From NCBI GenBank assembly GCA_964648095.1, contig CAZYNY010000003.1:1-58530 (forward strand): DNA of 58,530 bases, read 5' to 3'. The position numbers and the translations under genes are program-made. Below are positions 17,463-28,544 of the stretch, in pieces (positions within the stretch are counted from its first letter, which is position 1; each line of letters starts with the position of its first letter). Origin of the DNA: an uncultured Nitrospirota bacterium. Lineage in GTDB: Bacteria; Nitrospirota; Nitrospiria; JACRHA01. Under the pieces are notes generated by a model. That model searched no databases. It worked only from the letters and a program-made list of their open reading frames with translations, and had not been told where the DNA came from.

Positions 17463-17540
17463 AGGCTAAGGTTTAGGTTTAGGAAGTTCTTAACCTCAGC
17501 CTTAGCCTTGCCTTCTTCGGGCCTTAACCTAAACCTTGAG
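17463..17540. repeat. Hexamer-lattice hairpin with two alternative right arms (family B, copy 2)
   Basis: Left arm AGGCTAAGGTTTAGGTTTAGG (17463-17483). Right arm 1 CTTAACCTCAGCCTTAGCCT (17489-17508). Right arm 2 CCTTAACCTAAACCTTGAG (17522-17540). It ends 6 nt before the purL ATG. Confidence 0.85.
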
Positions 17541-17546
17541 TTGTTT

Positions 17547-19766
17547 ATGACAGGCAAAGACGTAATAGAAGCACACGGTCTGACTGAAGAGGAATATACC
17601 TCTATTGTAAAGCTCCTTGGCAGAGAGCCGAATAAAACCGAGCTCGGCATCTTCTCGGTGATGTGGAGCGAGCATTGCAGCTACAAGAGTTCCGCCGTTC
17701 ATCTTAAGAAATTTCCAACATCTGCCCCACATGTATTACAGGGACCCGGGGAGAATGCCGGTGTGATCGATATAGGAGACGGCCTGGCCGCCGTATTTAA
17801 GATGGAGAGCCACAATCATCCCTCATTTATTGAGCCCTATCAGGGCGCTGCAACAGGAGCGGGAGGGATACTAAGGGATATATTTACCATGGGCGCCCGG
17901 CCTGTTGCGCTCCTCAATTCCCTCAGGTTTGGTCCTCTGGATAAAACCTCTAATAAACATATATTCAGCGGGGTAGTTTCAGGTATTGCAGGATACGGGA
18001 ATTGTATTGGTGTACCTACTGTCGGCGGAGAAATCTATTATAATGATATTTACAACTATAATCCGTTGGTAAATGTCCTCTGTCTCGGAATTGCCAAAAA
18101 GGACCGTATATTTAAGGGGAATGCCTCAGGGATAGGGAATCCCGTGATCTACCTGGGCTCTAAGACAGGGAGAGACGGGATACATGGCGCCACTATGGCC
18201 TCCGAGGAGTTCGGGGATGGCCTCAAGGAAAAGAGGCCGACAGTACAGGTAGGCGACCCATTTACGGGTAAGCTTCTGATGGAGACCTGCCTTGAATTGA
18301 TGGAAAAAGATCTGATCCTGGGGATACAGGATATGGGTGCGGCAGGGCTCACATGTTCATCCTGCGAGATGGCAAGCAGGGGCGGGACAGGGATTGAAAT
18401 CGAGATCTCCAGCGTCCCCCTCAGGGAAAAGGGGATGACACCATATGAGATAATGCTGTCTGAATCTCAGGAGCGGATGCTGCTTGTGGCAGACAAGGGA
18501 AAAGAGGATGCAGTTATTTCTTTATGCAGGAGGTGGGGGATTGATGCGTCTGTAGTCGGTATGGTTACAGGGGATGGGATGATGAGGGTGAAGGAGAAGG
18601 GTAAGACTGTTGCGGAGATCCCCTCCAGGGCGCTGACCGATGACATACCAAGATATAACCGTGAAATGAGGGTCCCGCCCTATCTTGACATTATTCAGTC
18701 GCTTGACATCAACCAGTTAAAAGAACCTGCAGACTATAATGACGTCATGATAAAGATCCTTTCTTCTCCGAATCTTGCCGGCAAGGAGTGGGTATACAGT
18801 CAGTATGACCATATGGTAAGGACTAATACCGTAGTCAGGCCTGGTTCAGACGCAGCCGTGATCAGGATTAAGGGGACTAATAAATCACTAGCCATTACAA
18901 CCGATTGCAACAGCAGATATTGTCTACTAAATCCCTATATGGGCGGACTCATAGCTGTTGCCGAGGCTGCCAGGAACCTGGCTGTTAGCGGGGCAAGACC
19001 GCTGGCTGTGACGGATTGTCTGAACTTTGGAAATCCGGAAAGACCCGATGTGATGTGGCAGTTTGCCATGGCGATTGAGGGGATATCTGATGCCTGCAAG
19101 AGATTTAACATACCGGTTATCAGCGGTAATGTGAGTTTTTATAATGAGACAAAGGGGTTGGGGATCTATCCTACGCCTGTAATCGGGATGGTCGGACTTA
19201 TAGACAGGCCTGAGTCTATCACTACCCAGTGGTTCAAGGATAAGGGTGATATAATAGTGTTGTTGGGTGAAACGCGTGAGGAGATCGGCGGCAGCGAATA
19301 TCTCTGGGTAATCCACCGGATGGAGAGAGGAATACCTCCATATCTGGATATGGATAAAGAGGCTGGATTAAACAGATCTCTCCTTGATGCAATTAATGTG
19401 GGAATCATAAAGTCGGCCCACGATATCTCAGAAGGCGGACTCGGAATTGCCCTGGCAGAGGGATGTATATCGGGAAGCAGGCCTGCCATAGGGGCCTCGA
19501 TATCCCTCGGTGAACATGGAGGATTGCGGCCGGATATGCTCCTCTTTGGCGAGTCCCAGTCAAGGGCCATTGTTACAGTCAGGGAGGGACACCTGGACGA
19601 TTTAATGAGAATTGCAGACATAAACGGGATAGTTGCTGAAAGGATAGGTGTTGTCGGGGGGGAGAGACTCAGTATTGAGCTCCCCTCCAGGGGAACAGTA
19701 ATAAACATAAAGGTAGATGAGATGAGAGAGGCATGGAGGGAAGCCATAGGCGGCTATGTTCGATAA
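17547..19766 (+). CDS. purL: Phosphoribosylformylglycinamidine synthase subunit PurL
   Basis: [21 protein letters not shown]. Start at ATG 17547 ([17 protein letters not shown]). The ORF-track TTG at 17508 lies inside the hairpin repeat. Confidence 0.96.
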   Translation: MTGKDVIEAHGLTEEEYTSIVKLLGREPNKTELGIFSVMWSEHCSYKSSAVHLKKFPTSAPHVLQGPGENAGVIDIGDGLAAVFKMESHNHPSFIEPYQGAATGAGGILRDIFTMGARPVALLNSLRFGPLDKTSNKHIFSGVVSGIAGYGNCIGVPTVGGEIYYNDIYNYNPLVNVLCLGIAKKDRIFKGNASGIGNPVIYLGSKTGRDGIHGATMASEEFGDGLKEKRPTVQVGDPFTGKLLMETCLELMEKDLILGIQDMGAAGLTCSSCEMASRGGTGIEIEISSVPLREKGMTPYEIMLSESQERMLLVADKGKEDAVISLCRRWGIDASVVGMVTGDGMMRVKEKGKTVAEIPSRALTDDIPRYNREMRVPPYLDIIQSLDINQLKEPADYNDVMIKILSSPNLAGKEWVYSQYDHMVRTNTVVRPGSDAAVIRIKGTNKSLAITTDCNSRYCLLNPYMGGLIAVAEAARNLAVSGARPLAVTDCLNFGNPERPDVMWQFAMAIEGISDACKRFNIPVISGNVSFYNETKGLGIYPTPVIGMVGLIDRPESITTQWFKDKGDIIVLLGETREEIGGSEYLWVIHRMERGIPPYLDMDKEAGLNRSLLDAINVGIIKSAHDISEGGLGIALAEGCISGSRPAIGASISLGEHGGLRPDMLLFGESQSRAIVTVREGHLDDLMRIADINGIVAERIGVVGGERLSIELPSRGTVINIKVDEMREAWREAIGGYVR

Positions 19767-21156
19767 ATTTAAAGAGGAGTGCGGCGTATTCGGCATATAC
19801 GGTCACCCTGAGGCGGCAAACCTGACCTATCTTGGTCTTTATGCCCTGCAGCATAGGGGGCAGGAATCTGCCGGGATAGTTTCATCAGACGGAAGTTCCT
19901 TCTTCTGCGAGAAGGGCATGGGGCTTGTTTCAGATATATTCTCAGAGGAGAGACTTAAAAAACTTCAGGGTTCAATGGCAATAGGTCACACCCGCTACTC
20001 CACAACTGGGGAATCTATCCTGAGCAATGTCCAGCCCATCCTGGTAAATTATGCCCTTGGCCGCATCTCACTTTCCCATAACGGGAATCTTATCAATGCA
20101 GGGATTCTAAGAGATGAACTTGAGGCTTACGGCGCTATATTCCAGTCCACAATAGACAGTGAAGTTATTGTCCACCTGATAGCCCATTCAAGAGAGAGCG
20201 GTCTCCTGCAGAGGGTAGTAGATGCCCTAAACAGGATCAGGGGGGCCTTCTCAATCATATTCCTTTCAGAGTCAGGATTAATGGGAGCAAGAGATCCGCA
20301 TGGCCTGCGTCCGTTATCCCTTGGAAGGATTAAAGATGGATGGGTAATTGCCTCAGAGACATGCGCATTCGATCTGATAGAGGCGGAATTTGTCAGGGAC
20401 ATAGAACCGGGTGAGCTTGTTGTTATTAATGAAAAGGGGCTGGAGTCTTACAGGCCATTTCCGCATGTGGAGCCGGCGCCATGCATCTTTGAGTATATAT
20501 ATTTTGCAAGACCTGACTCTATTATCTTCGGGCATGATGTATACAGCATCAGAAAGGCGCTCGGCAGGGAACTGGCTATTGAGGCACCTGTAAGGGCAGA
20601 CATGGTGATCCCTGTGCCTGATTCAGGCGCCCCTGCCGCACTAGGCTTTGCTGAAGGGTCGGGTATCCCTTATGAGATCGGGCTTATCAGGAACCACTAT
20701 GTTGGGCGCACATTTATAGAACCTCAGCAGTCTATTCGTCATTTCGGCGTAAAAATAAAATTAAACCCTGTTGCCAATCTCCTCAAGGGGAAAAGGGTAG
20801 TTGTTGTGGATGATTCCCTTGTGAGGGGGACGACAAGCAGAAAGATCGTCAAGATGATAAAGCATGCCGGCGCAAAAGAGGTCCATATGAGGATAGCCTC
20901 TCCACCGATATCACATCCATGTTTTTACGGGATAGACACGCCCACCAGGAGAGAACTCATCGCATCCAGTCATTCTATCGACGAGGTAAGGCGATATATC
21001 ACTGCCGGCAGTCTTGCCTATCTGAGCGTAGACGGCATGTTGAAGACAGTTCCGAAACCATCTGATAACTATTGTATTGCCTGTTTTAGCGGCAGATACC
21101 CTATACCGTTCAAGAGAGAGGAAATAAGCCAGCCGGGCCTATTTGAAGGCGTTTAG
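19756..21156 (+). CDS. purF: Amidophosphoribosyltransferase PurF
   Basis: Short propeptide MFDKFKEE followed by CGVFGI, and a PRPP-binding motif [13 protein letters not shown]. Confidence 0.96.
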   Translation: MFDKFKEECGVFGIYGHPEAANLTYLGLYALQHRGQESAGIVSSDGSSFFCEKGMGLVSDIFSEERLKKLQGSMAIGHTRYSTTGESILSNVQPILVNYALGRISLSHNGNLINAGILRDELEAYGAIFQSTIDSEVIVHLIAHSRESGLLQRVVDALNRIRGAFSIIFLSESGLMGARDPHGLRPLSLGRIKDGWVIASETCAFDLIEAEFVRDIEPGELVVINEKGLESYRPFPHVEPAPCIFEYIYFARPDSIIFGHDVYSIRKALGRELAIEAPVRADMVIPVPDSGAPAALGFAEGSGIPYEIGLIRNHYVGRTFIEPQQSIRHFGVKIKLNPVANLLKGKRVVVVDDSLVRGTTSRKIVKMIKHAGAKEVHMRIASPPISHPCFYGIDTPTRRELIASSHSIDEVRRYITAGSLAYLSVDGMLKTVPKPSDNYCIACFSGRYPIPFKREEISQPGLFEGV

Positions 21157-22094
21157 CCTATAACCACCCTGTTTCTCCCCTGTTTCTTTGCCTCATATAA
21201 GGAGATATCTGCTATCCTGATCAGGTCGTTTATGTTGTTTATCCTTATATCGGGAATGCTGGAGATTCCTATGCTGATAGTTACATGAAAAGAAGACCCG
21301 CTGGGAGAGGCAAACTGACATCCCTCTATGCCCTTCCTGATCCTCTCTGCCATAATGAATGCCCCTTCCGGATCTGTTTGACAGAGAGACATAATAAATT
21401 CTTCCCCTCCGAATCTGGCCACAATGTCATGCACCCTGCTATTTTGTTTTAGGATCTCTGATGTCTTCCTTAGTACTTCATCCCCCTTTTGGTGACCGTA
21501 AGTATCGTTTACTTTTTTGAAGTAATCCAGGTCCAGGAGCATAAGAGAGGTGCAAAGACTATATCGCTTTGAACGTGAAAACTCACCATTTAGCCTATCA
21601 AAAAAATGTCTTCTATTGTAAAGTCCGGTCAGTGAATCAGTAATGGAAAGTTCTTCAAGCTTTTTATTGACCGCCTCAAGCTGCCTGTTCTTTTCTTCGA
21701 GCTGGTCTTTGAGGTCTTTCAGCCCGAGGAGATTATTGACCCTGGCAAGAAGTTCTCCCGGGTCGAAAGGTTTTGTTATGTAATCATTTGCGCCTATCTC
21801 AAGGCCCTTTATCTTGTCAACCGAGTCCTTTTGTCCGGTAAGAAATATCACCGGAAGATCAAGATATCTTGGCTGGGCCCTTATTACGGATAGGAGTTTA
21901 AACCCGTCCAGTGTAGGCATCATCACATCAGAGATAACAAAGTCAAACTTCTCCTTCATAAGGAAATCAAGGGCCTTCGCGCCATTTTCAGCTTCAACTA
22001 TCTTTGAGAAGATCCGCGCTTTTTCAAGTGTATCAAGGAGGGATTTCCTTATGGAGGGGGAGTCATCGACAATCAATAATTTCTTTTGTGCCAT
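21153..22094 (-). CDS. Response regulator with GGDEF diguanylate cyclase output (PleD/WspR-like)
   Basis: REC domain ([11 protein letters not shown]...[13 protein letters not shown]...YITKP), a coiled-coil linker, then RFGGEEF with RVHD at the canonical I-site spacing. Confidence 0.92.
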   Translation of the reverse strand: MAQKKLLIVDDSPSIRKSLLDTLEKARIFSKIVEAENGAKALDFLMKEKFDFVISDVMMPTLDGFKLLSVIRAQPRYLDLPVIFLTGQKDSVDKIKGLEIGANDYITKPFDPGELLARVNNLLGLKDLKDQLEEKNRQLEAVNKKLEELSITDSLTGLYNRRHFFDRLNGEFSRSKRYSLCTSLMLLDLDYFKKVNDTYGHQKGDEVLRKTSEILKQNSRVHDIVARFGGEEFIMSLCQTDPEGAFIMAERIRKGIEGCQFASPSGSSFHVTISIGISSIPDIRINNINDLIRIADISLYEAKKQGRNRVVIG

Positions 22095-22359
22095 TTCGGG
22101 TATTTACCCCTAGTTGGTGCTGAGTGCAGAATCTAACTGCTGACACAACAAACCATTTCAGAAAGCTCTGACAGCGGCCCAGTATGAGATACTGTAACAC
22201 ATGATGATGAACCGGTCAACACTCGTATAATCTATGGGGCTTTTGCAACAAATAGGGGATGCGATCCTTGACAGGGAATCGGTTATAGTATTAATATATA
22301 AAACGTAAGCAAAAAGGAGATGGTGCTCATTAGTTTTTCATCAACCTTCACTTTAAATA

Positions 22360-23856
22360 ATGAACAGCCGGGAAGATATAGTGATTGAGGGAAAGAACAA
22401 GTATGCGCCGAATGATATAAGCAGGCCTGTTCCATCAGAAGATAACGCCGGCAACAAGAAGATCGGTAATGGCCTTTCAAATATTTTATCGCGTTTGCTT
22501 GACTTCTTTAGCTCGGTCTTGCTGGCTATCAGCCTTTTCGTCTTATTGGCCGGCGCTTCAATAATCGGCACTATAATTCAACAAGGGGAGGATCCAAGCA
22601 AATATATCAGGGAATATGGCGAGAGGACATATTGGTGGTTCCATCTGTTCGGGCTTACAGATCTGTATCATAATTGGTGGTTTACATCCCTACTTGTCCT
22701 ATTATGTATTAATTCCCTGGCATGTGTTTACAAGAGATTTCCTGCAACCTGGCGATCGATAATAAACGAAAAGAGGGACTTTAGCCTTAAGTTTGTTCAG
22801 AACCTGAAAAACCATACACAGGTTACATGCAATAAAAATAGTGCGGAGACCGGAAGAGAAATTGCTTCCCTTCTGAGCCATAAAAGATACAAGGTTAGGG
22901 TCAAGGAGTCAGGGGACGGGATATATTTATTTGCTACAAAAGGGGTCTGGGGCAGGGTAGGGGCACATCTTGCCCATATTAGCGTAATGATTATCCTTCT
23001 TGGCGCCCTTATCGGAGGAAAGCTTGGGTACAGGAATTTCGGGGTAATACTTGAGGGGGAGCAGGTATTTATACCTGAGGGAAACTTCTATGTCAGGCTG
23101 GATAAGTTCTGGATCGATTATTATGAAAATGGTGCAGTTAAAGACTTCTATAGTAAGTTAACCGTAATTGACGATGGTAAAGAAGCGTTGACAAAGGATA
23201 TCCAGGTAAATGATCCCCTAGCGTATAAAGGGATCTGGTTTTATCAGGCAAGTTATGGAGATGCCTTTGACAGGATAGACAGGGCAAGGGTGTCCATAAA
23301 GGAAAAAAAGACGGATAAGGTGGTCGGGGATCTTGTGCTCGACTGGCAGAAGGAATATAAGGTGCCGGATCTTAATATGAGCCTCAGGATGGTAAGTTTT
23401 GTATCAGACTTTGCCTACAACAAGGAGAAGAGTGAGGTCTATACAAAGAGCATAGAGCATAATAACCCGGCTGTGAGGGTCGAGATAAGCAATGGCGACG
23501 GTTCGGTCTTTACACCATGGCTCTTTTACAACTATCCCGATCTGTATGATATGAAGGAGTCCAAATACAAATTTGAGCTTCTCGGATACCTGCCCCACAA
23601 GTATACCGGGCTTCAGGTGGCAAAAGACCCGGGCGTAAATATCGTCTGGGTGGGATCAGGGCTCCTTATGTCCGGTCTGCTCCTATCGCTTTTTGTATTC
23701 CATAAAAGGATTTGGGTAAAGGTGCACGGCGAAGGCACCAGGGCAGCAATAGATATAGGCGGGAATACAAATAAGAACCAGATGGACTTTGAACGGGAGT
23801 TTGGGAGGCTGATTAATAATATAAAGGATCAGACAAAGGAACATAAAGAGACATAA
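22360..23856 (+). CDS. ccsB: Cytochrome c biogenesis protein CcsB/ResB (System II)
   Basis: ResB-like topology (LLDFFSSVLLAISLFVLLAGASIIGTIIQQGE). Lies immediately upstream of ccsA. Confidence 0.88.
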   Translation: MNSREDIVIEGKNKYAPNDISRPVPSEDNAGNKKIGNGLSNILSRLLDFFSSVLLAISLFVLLAGASIIGTIIQQGEDPSKYIREYGERTYWWFHLFGLTDLYHNWWFTSLLVLLCINSLACVYKRFPATWRSIINEKRDFSLKFVQNLKNHTQVTCNKNSAETGREIASLLSHKRYKVRVKESGDGIYLFATKGVWGRVGAHLAHISVMIILLGALIGGKLGYRNFGVILEGEQVFIPEGNFYVRLDKFWIDYYENGAVKDFYSKLTVIDDGKEALTKDIQVNDPLAYKGIWFYQASYGDAFDRIDRARVSIKEKKTDKVVGDLVLDWQKEYKVPDLNMSLRMVSFVSDFAYNKEKSEVYTKSIEHNNPAVRVEISNGDGSVFTPWLFYNYPDLYDMKESKYKFELLGYLPHKYTGLQVAKDPGVNIVWVGSGLLMSGLLLSLFVFHKRIWVKVHGEGTRAAIDIGGNTNKNQMDFEREFGRLINNIKDQTKEHKET

Positions 23857-23877
23857 TTATGATATTCGGAGGAGAAG

Positions 23878-24756
23878 ATGAATTCATTCTTCCTGTTTGA
23901 TATAACATTTTGGCTATATTTTATTGCGGCCATCCTTTATATCGTCTATATGGTAACAAACAGTGCAGGGGAGCTTGTCCCTGCAGGTCATCCTGATGGA
24001 GGCAGTGTCAGGTCAAAGGCTGTAGGTCAGATTGCCACTATACTGACTGCAAGCGGGTGGGTGGCCAATACATTTGCCCTTGTTGCGAGGGCATTGGAGG
24101 CTAAGCATGCCCCATATGCAAATCTGTTTGAGTCGATGATGCTGATGGCATGGGGTATTATTATAGGCTATCTTATTTTGGAATACATATACAAGATAAA
24201 GATAATAGGCGTCTTTGTCGTCTCCCTGGGGTTTCTTACAATTGCCATAGCGTCGCTCCTCCCTTTCAGGTATCAGACCGTGGAACCACTGAACCCTGCC
24301 CTTCAGAGCAACTGGCTTTTGATCCATGTCCTTGTTACCTTTTTCGGGTATGCGGCATTTGCAATCGCCTTCGGGCTCAGCATTATGTACCTGCTTAAAG
24401 AGCGGGCTGAGAAAAAAGGCCATAAGTATTCCTTTTTTATGAGATTTCCGGATTGTATAAGGCTTGATGAACTCAGCTATAAGTCCATAGCGTTCGGGTT
24501 CCCATTCCTGACATTTGGTATAATCTCAGGGGCTATATGGGCCAATTATGCATGGGGCGGATATTGGAGCTGGGACCCAAAAGAGACATGGTCTCTCATA
24601 GTCTGGTTTATCTATGCCGCCTATCTGCATGCAAGGATGACAAGGGGGTGGCGCGGAAGAAGGACTGCGATCTTTTCTGTAGTAGGTTTTATCTCTGTAA
24701 TCTTCCTATATTGGGGGGTAAGTTTTATCTTGCCTGGGCTACATGCGTACGCATAA
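23878..24756 (+). CDS. ccsA: Cytochrome c biogenesis protein CcsA/ResC
   Basis: Trp-rich haem-handling motif WGGYWSWDPKETWSLIVW and conserved His residues. Confidence 0.93.
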   Translation: MNSFFLFDITFWLYFIAAILYIVYMVTNSAGELVPAGHPDGGSVRSKAVGQIATILTASGWVANTFALVARALEAKHAPYANLFESMMLMAWGIIIGYLILEYIYKIKIIGVFVVSLGFLTIAIASLLPFRYQTVEPLNPALQSNWLLIHVLVTFFGYAAFAIAFGLSIMYLLKERAEKKGHKYSFFMRFPDCIRLDELSYKSIAFGFPFLTFGIISGAIWANYAWGGYWSWDPKETWSLIVWFIYAAYLHARMTRGWRGRRTAIFSVVGFISVIFLYWGVSFILPGLHAYA

Positions 24757-25312
24757 GAAAGATAGTTATCAACCGACTGTAATCGTCCTTAGCCTTGTTT
24801 TAATCGCGTCTGTCCTGGGGATGGTCTGGATGCAAAGCGAGAAGTATAAGCCTGTTGTTATTGATGAAATGGCGCCTGACTTTAGTCTTTATGATCTTGA
24901 TGGCAGGGAAGTAAAATTATCTGATTTCCGCGGAAAGGTGGTCTTTCTGAACTTCTGGGCCACATGGTGCAAACCTTGCAAGGAGGAGATGCCCTCAATG
25001 GAGGAGCTCTACCAGATCTTAAAAGATAAGGACTTTCATATGCTTGCTGTAAGTATCGACAAGAAGAAATCAGATATAAAACCCTTTAAGGAAGAACTCA
25101 AGCTTACCCTCCCGATACTCCATGACAACCGCTGGGGATCTGTTGACAGGAGGTATAAGTTAACCGGCGTTCCTGAGACGTATATCATTGATCAGAAGGG
25201 TATACTGGCTGAAAAAATTATCGGACCTAGGGACTGGACAAAGACCGATAATGTTAAGATGATTCTAGATTTGCTGCAGAATGGTCCAAGGGCCGGATAT
25301 AAGACCTCGTGA
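24743..25312 (+). CDS. TlpA/ResA-family thiol:disulfide oxidoreductase (membrane anchored)
   Basis: N-terminal TM VIVLSLVLIASVLGMVW. Motif FLNFWATWCKPC. Confidence 0.9.
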   Translation: MRTHKKDSYQPTVIVLSLVLIASVLGMVWMQSEKYKPVVIDEMAPDFSLYDLDGREVKLSDFRGKVVFLNFWATWCKPCKEEMPSMEELYQILKDKDFHMLAVSIDKKKSDIKPFKEELKLTLPILHDNRWGSVDRRYKLTGVPETYIIDQKGILAEKIIGPRDWTKTDNVKMILDLLQNGPRAGYKTS

Positions 25313-25325
25313 AGAGAGGCTTTTA

Positions 25326-25892
25326 ATGAAATTAGTCAGATTGTTTATGGTATTATCACTCTTAGCCCTCCTGGCATGTGAGCGGCAGACAGAATCCGGC
25401 GCCACTTCAAAGGCCGGAGTGAAGAGCGGGCTGGATATATCTGCTGTAGAGGCGCCAAGGATCGGTTTTAAGGCCCCTAATTTTACATTGAAAGATCTAA
25501 ATGGAAGAACAGTTTCATTGGCAGCCCTGCGCGGAAGGGTTGTGATGATCAACTTCTGGGCAACATGGTGTGGGCCCTGCAAGGTCGAGATGCCTTCTAT
25601 GAACAGCCTCTATAACGATTTAAAGGGATCGGGTTTCGAGCTATTGGCTATCTCGTCAGATGTCCAGGGCGAGAAGGTTGTAAGGCCATTTGTTGCACAA
25701 GGCAGATTTACCTTTCCTGTTCTTCTAGACTCCTCGTTCAAGGCTAATGGCGATTACGGTATAACAGGTATACCTACCACCTTTATCGTAGATAAAGATG
25801 GTGTAATAACGCACAAGATCCTCGGCCCCAGGGATTGGGATTCTCCAGAGGCCAGAGCATTAATTAGAAGAATCATGAGTTCTAAAGTGTAA
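25326..25892 (+). CDS. TlpA/ResA-family thiol:disulfide oxidoreductase (lipoprotein)
   Basis: MKLVRLFMVLSLLALLAC lipobox. Motif MINFWATWCGPC. ATG 25326 behind GAGAGG is preferred over the ORF-track start at 25281. Confidence 0.88.
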   Translation: MKLVRLFMVLSLLALLACERQTESGATSKAGVKSGLDISAVEAPRIGFKAPNFTLKDLNGRTVSLAALRGRVVMINFWATWCGPCKVEMPSMNSLYNDLKGSGFELLAISSDVQGEKVVRPFVAQGRFTFPVLLDSSFKANGDYGITGIPTTFIVDKDGVITHKILGPRDWDSPEARALIRRIMSSKV

Positions 25893-25893
25893 G

Positions 25894-26637
25894 ATGGAAG
25901 TCGGAAGCGGGATATCTTCTTTGATTGCATTTTCAGCAGGGTTCCTCTCTTTTGTATCCCCCTGTGTCCTCCCTCTCCTCCCCTCATACGTATCATTTAT
26001 TACGGGTCTCTCTATGGACGAATTAACAAAAGGAGGGGATAGGGCCCGGGTCAAGGGGATAATTATCAGGAACTCCCTCATCTTTATTGCAGGTTTTTCC
26101 CTCGTCTTTATACTCCTCGGCGCATCTGCAACACTGATAGGGCAGATACTCATAACATACCAGGCCCTGATCAGGAAGGTCGGTGGTACCATAGTCGTGC
26201 TGCTTGGTTTTTATATAATGGGACTTCTCAGGATGGATCTGCTTGCCTCTGAAAAAAAGATCCATCTGGAAGGGAGACCGGCCGGATACCTGGGCTCATT
26301 TCTTGTGGGGATAACCTTTGCTGCAGGATGGACGCCCTGCGTAGGCCCGATATTGGGAGGGATATTACTGTATGCAAGTACAACCGGGTCGGTAACAAGC
26401 GGGATAAGCCTCCTGTCGGCATATTCTATAGGGCTCGGACTGCCGCTCTTTATTACCTCCCTGGGAGTAAATACCTTTATCACATATTTCAAGAAAATTA
26501 ATAAATATATCAGGTTTGTTTCATTGGCAAGCGGCCTCTTTCTTATACTTGTAGGTGTGATGATATTTACCGATTCCTTCACATTGATAACAGCCTTCCT
26601 GGCAAAATATGGTATCGGGTGGTACATAGGCCAGTAA
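25894..26637 (+). CDS. ccdA: Cytochrome c biogenesis thiol-reductant transporter CcdA (DsbD TM-domain family)
   Basis: FVSPCVLPLLPSY and GWTPCVGPILG motifs; six predicted TMs. Confidence 0.92.
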   Translation: MEVGSGISSLIAFSAGFLSFVSPCVLPLLPSYVSFITGLSMDELTKGGDRARVKGIIIRNSLIFIAGFSLVFILLGASATLIGQILITYQALIRKVGGTIVVLLGFYIMGLLRMDLLASEKKIHLEGRPAGYLGSFLVGITFAAGWTPCVGPILGGILLYASTTGSVTSGISLLSAYSIGLGLPLFITSLGVNTFITYFKKINKYIRFVSLASGLFLILVGVMIFTDSFTLITAFLAKYGIGWYIGQ

Positions 26638-26658
26638 TCTTCCTGCATTAGCAGTGAT

Positions 26659-27747
26659 ATGAGACATATAGATAAGATATTGGCAGGACTCCTTATTTTT
26701 CTACTCTCCCCGTTATTGACAGGTGCGGGTGATGGTCCAAGGGATTCCGGTAAGGTCTTTACATTTGTTGATATAGTCAGGAAGGAAAAGCCCGCTGTTG
26801 TAAATATAAGCACCACTGAACAGGGGAGCGGGGATGGTGGGTTTGGATTTCATCATTTCAAGGATTTCTTTGGAGAGAACAGGCCGGCTGAACTTAAGAC
26901 CAGGAGCCTTGGTTCAGGATTTTTCATCAGGAAAGAAGGTGTTATCCTGACTAATTATCATGTTATAGAGGGCTATAATAAGATAATTGTGAGGCTTTCG
27001 GACGGCAGGGAATTTGGCGCCGAGCTGATAGGGAAGGATCGTAAGACCGATCTTGCCCTGTTAAAGGTCAGGGATAAGGAACCATTCCCGGTGGTCAGGT
27101 TCGGGGATTCGGATAAACTTGAGGTTGGAGAGTGGGTTATAGCAATAGGGAACCCTTTCGGGCTGGAGCAGACTGTTACGGCAGGCATAGTCAGCGCCAA
27201 GGAGAGGATTATAGGGATGGGACCTTATGATGATTTTATTCAGACAGACGCATCGATAAATCCCGGCAACAGCGGAGGGCCACTATTTAATATCAAGGGT
27301 GAGGTGATAGCGATTAACAGTATGGTCAATCCTGCAGGGCAGGGGATCGGTTTTTCCATACCCATTAATCTTGTTAACAAGATAGTAGCCCATCTTGAAA
27401 AGGAGGGGAAGGTTACAAGGGGTTGGCTTGGCGTTATGATCCAGGAGGTAAAAAAGGAGATAAGGTCTTCCCTGGGCTTAAAGGCCGATGAGGGGGCATT
27501 GATCTCTGAGGTGGTGGAGGACAGTCCGGCATCTAGATCCGGGGTTAAAAAAGGTGATATAATAACAGAGTTCGATGGGAAGAAGATCAAGAAGGTCGGA
27601 GACCTGCCTTTGATCGTTTCAGAGACACAGGTTGACAGGATCGTTCTTGTCAGGGTATACAGAGACGGTATGGAAAAGCTATTTAATATAAAGGTCGGCA
27701 AACTGGAAGAAGATTCAGACCAAAACCAATCAGAGAAGGGGAGGTAA
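26659..27747 (+). CDS. htrA: HtrA/DegP-family periplasmic serine protease, single PDZ
   Basis: Catalytic triad context TNYHVI / DLALLKV / GNSGGPL, plus a PDZ domain (ALISEVVEDSPASRSGVKKGDIITEFDG). Confidence 0.92.
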   Translation: MRHIDKILAGLLIFLLSPLLTGAGDGPRDSGKVFTFVDIVRKEKPAVVNISTTEQGSGDGGFGFHHFKDFFGENRPAELKTRSLGSGFFIRKEGVILTNYHVIEGYNKIIVRLSDGREFGAELIGKDRKTDLALLKVRDKEPFPVVRFGDSDKLEVGEWVIAIGNPFGLEQTVTAGIVSAKERIIGMGPYDDFIQTDASINPGNSGGPLFNIKGEVIAINSMVNPAGQGIGFSIPINLVNKIVAHLEKEGKVTRGWLGVMIQEVKKEIRSSLGLKADEGALISEVVEDSPASRSGVKKGDIITEFDGKKIKKVGDLPLIVSETQVDRIVLVRVYRDGMEKLFNIKVGKLEEDSDQNQSEKGR

Positions 27748-28544
27748 TGTACCCTGTATTGTTCAGAATAGGCTCACTTGAGATCAGGGCATATGGGGTG
27801 ATGATCGCCCTCGCCTTTATAACTGCCACATTTGTTGGTATGAAGGAGGCAAAGAGAAAGGGTTATAACCCCGAGATCATCCAGGATCTCATCTTTTTTG
27901 CACTGATCTTCGGCCTTTTGGGTGCAAGGATCTATTATGTCCTATTCTCCGAACCCTTCTGGTACTTCAGCCATCCCTTTGAGATCCTGGCAGTCTGGAA
28001 AGGAGGGCTTGCAATACATGGCGGCCTGATTGCCGGGTTTATTGTCGGGATCTGGTTTTCCAGAAGCAGGAAGATCCCATTCTGGAAATTCGCTGATCTT
28101 ATGGCCCCGGCCATGATTATCGGTCAGGCAGTGGGAAGGGGGGCATGCACACTAAATGGCTGTAGTTATGGCATACCTACCAGCCTTCCCTGGGGTGTGA
28201 CATTTACAAACCCTGATGCACTGCTCCCGCCTGAGTTTAAAGGGATAGCCCTCCATCCGACCCAGTTCTATGAGCTGTTCATCGACCTAGGGATATTCCT
28301 CTATATCTGGTCTGTAAGGAAGAAGATAGATTTTGACGGCCAGCTCTTCTTGAAATATGCCATGCTTTACGGCGTTGCAAGGTTCTTTGTAGAGTTCTTC
28401 AGGGGTGATTCCCTGATGATAGGTGGGATTATACGCGCTGCACAGCTAACATCCATATTAATCCTCCTTGCCTCCTCTATTCAATATATCAGTTTTAAGA
28501 CTTCCTATTTGAAGGGTCTTGTCAATAAAGAGGCAAAGCGGTAA
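27747..28544 (+). CDS. lgt: Prolipoprotein diacylglyceryl transferase
   Basis: IRAYGVMIALAF, GGLAIHGG, LHPTQFYE. TAATG overlap with htrA. Confidence 0.93.
   Translation: MYPVLFRIGSLEIRAYGVMIALAFITATFVGMKEAKRKGYNPEIIQDLIFFALIFGLLGARIYYVLFSEPFWYFSHPFEILAVWKGGLAIHGGLIAGFIVGIWFSRSRKIPFWKFADLMAPAMIIGQAVGRGACTLNGCSYGIPTSLPWGVTFTNPDALLPPEFKGIALHPTQFYELFIDLGIFLYIWSVRKKIDFDGQLFLKYAMLYGVARFFVEFFRGDSLMIGGIIRAAQLTSILILLASSIQYISFKTSYLKGLVNKEAKR

Noticed and set aside
17508-17546. ORF-track N-terminal extension of purL ([13 protein letters not shown]).
   Set aside because: The start codon is TTG inside the hexamer hairpin, and the peptide is simply the repeat read in frame. The conserved PurL N-terminus begins at ATG 17547.
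19166-19747. 193-aa minus-strand ORF inside purL. Comparable ORFs lie antisense to the HEAT gene (11439-11969), the Zn-ribbon/REC gene (10398-10880), cheB (14853-15395) and ccdA/htrA (26211-26816).
   Set aside because: All lie fully within strongly supported genes on the opposite strand and have biased Ser/Pro/Ile composition with no motifs. I treat them as shadow ORFs.
22095-22359. 265-nt divergent spacer between the REC-GGDEF gene and ccsB, including a 22-codon ORF after AAGGAG at 22320, considered as a riboswitch or leader peptide.
   Set aside because: The SD abuts the ATG with no spacing. I could see no convincing conserved stem architecture. It is most simply a divergent promoter region (a TTGACA at 22269-22274 and a TATAAT-like box are present).
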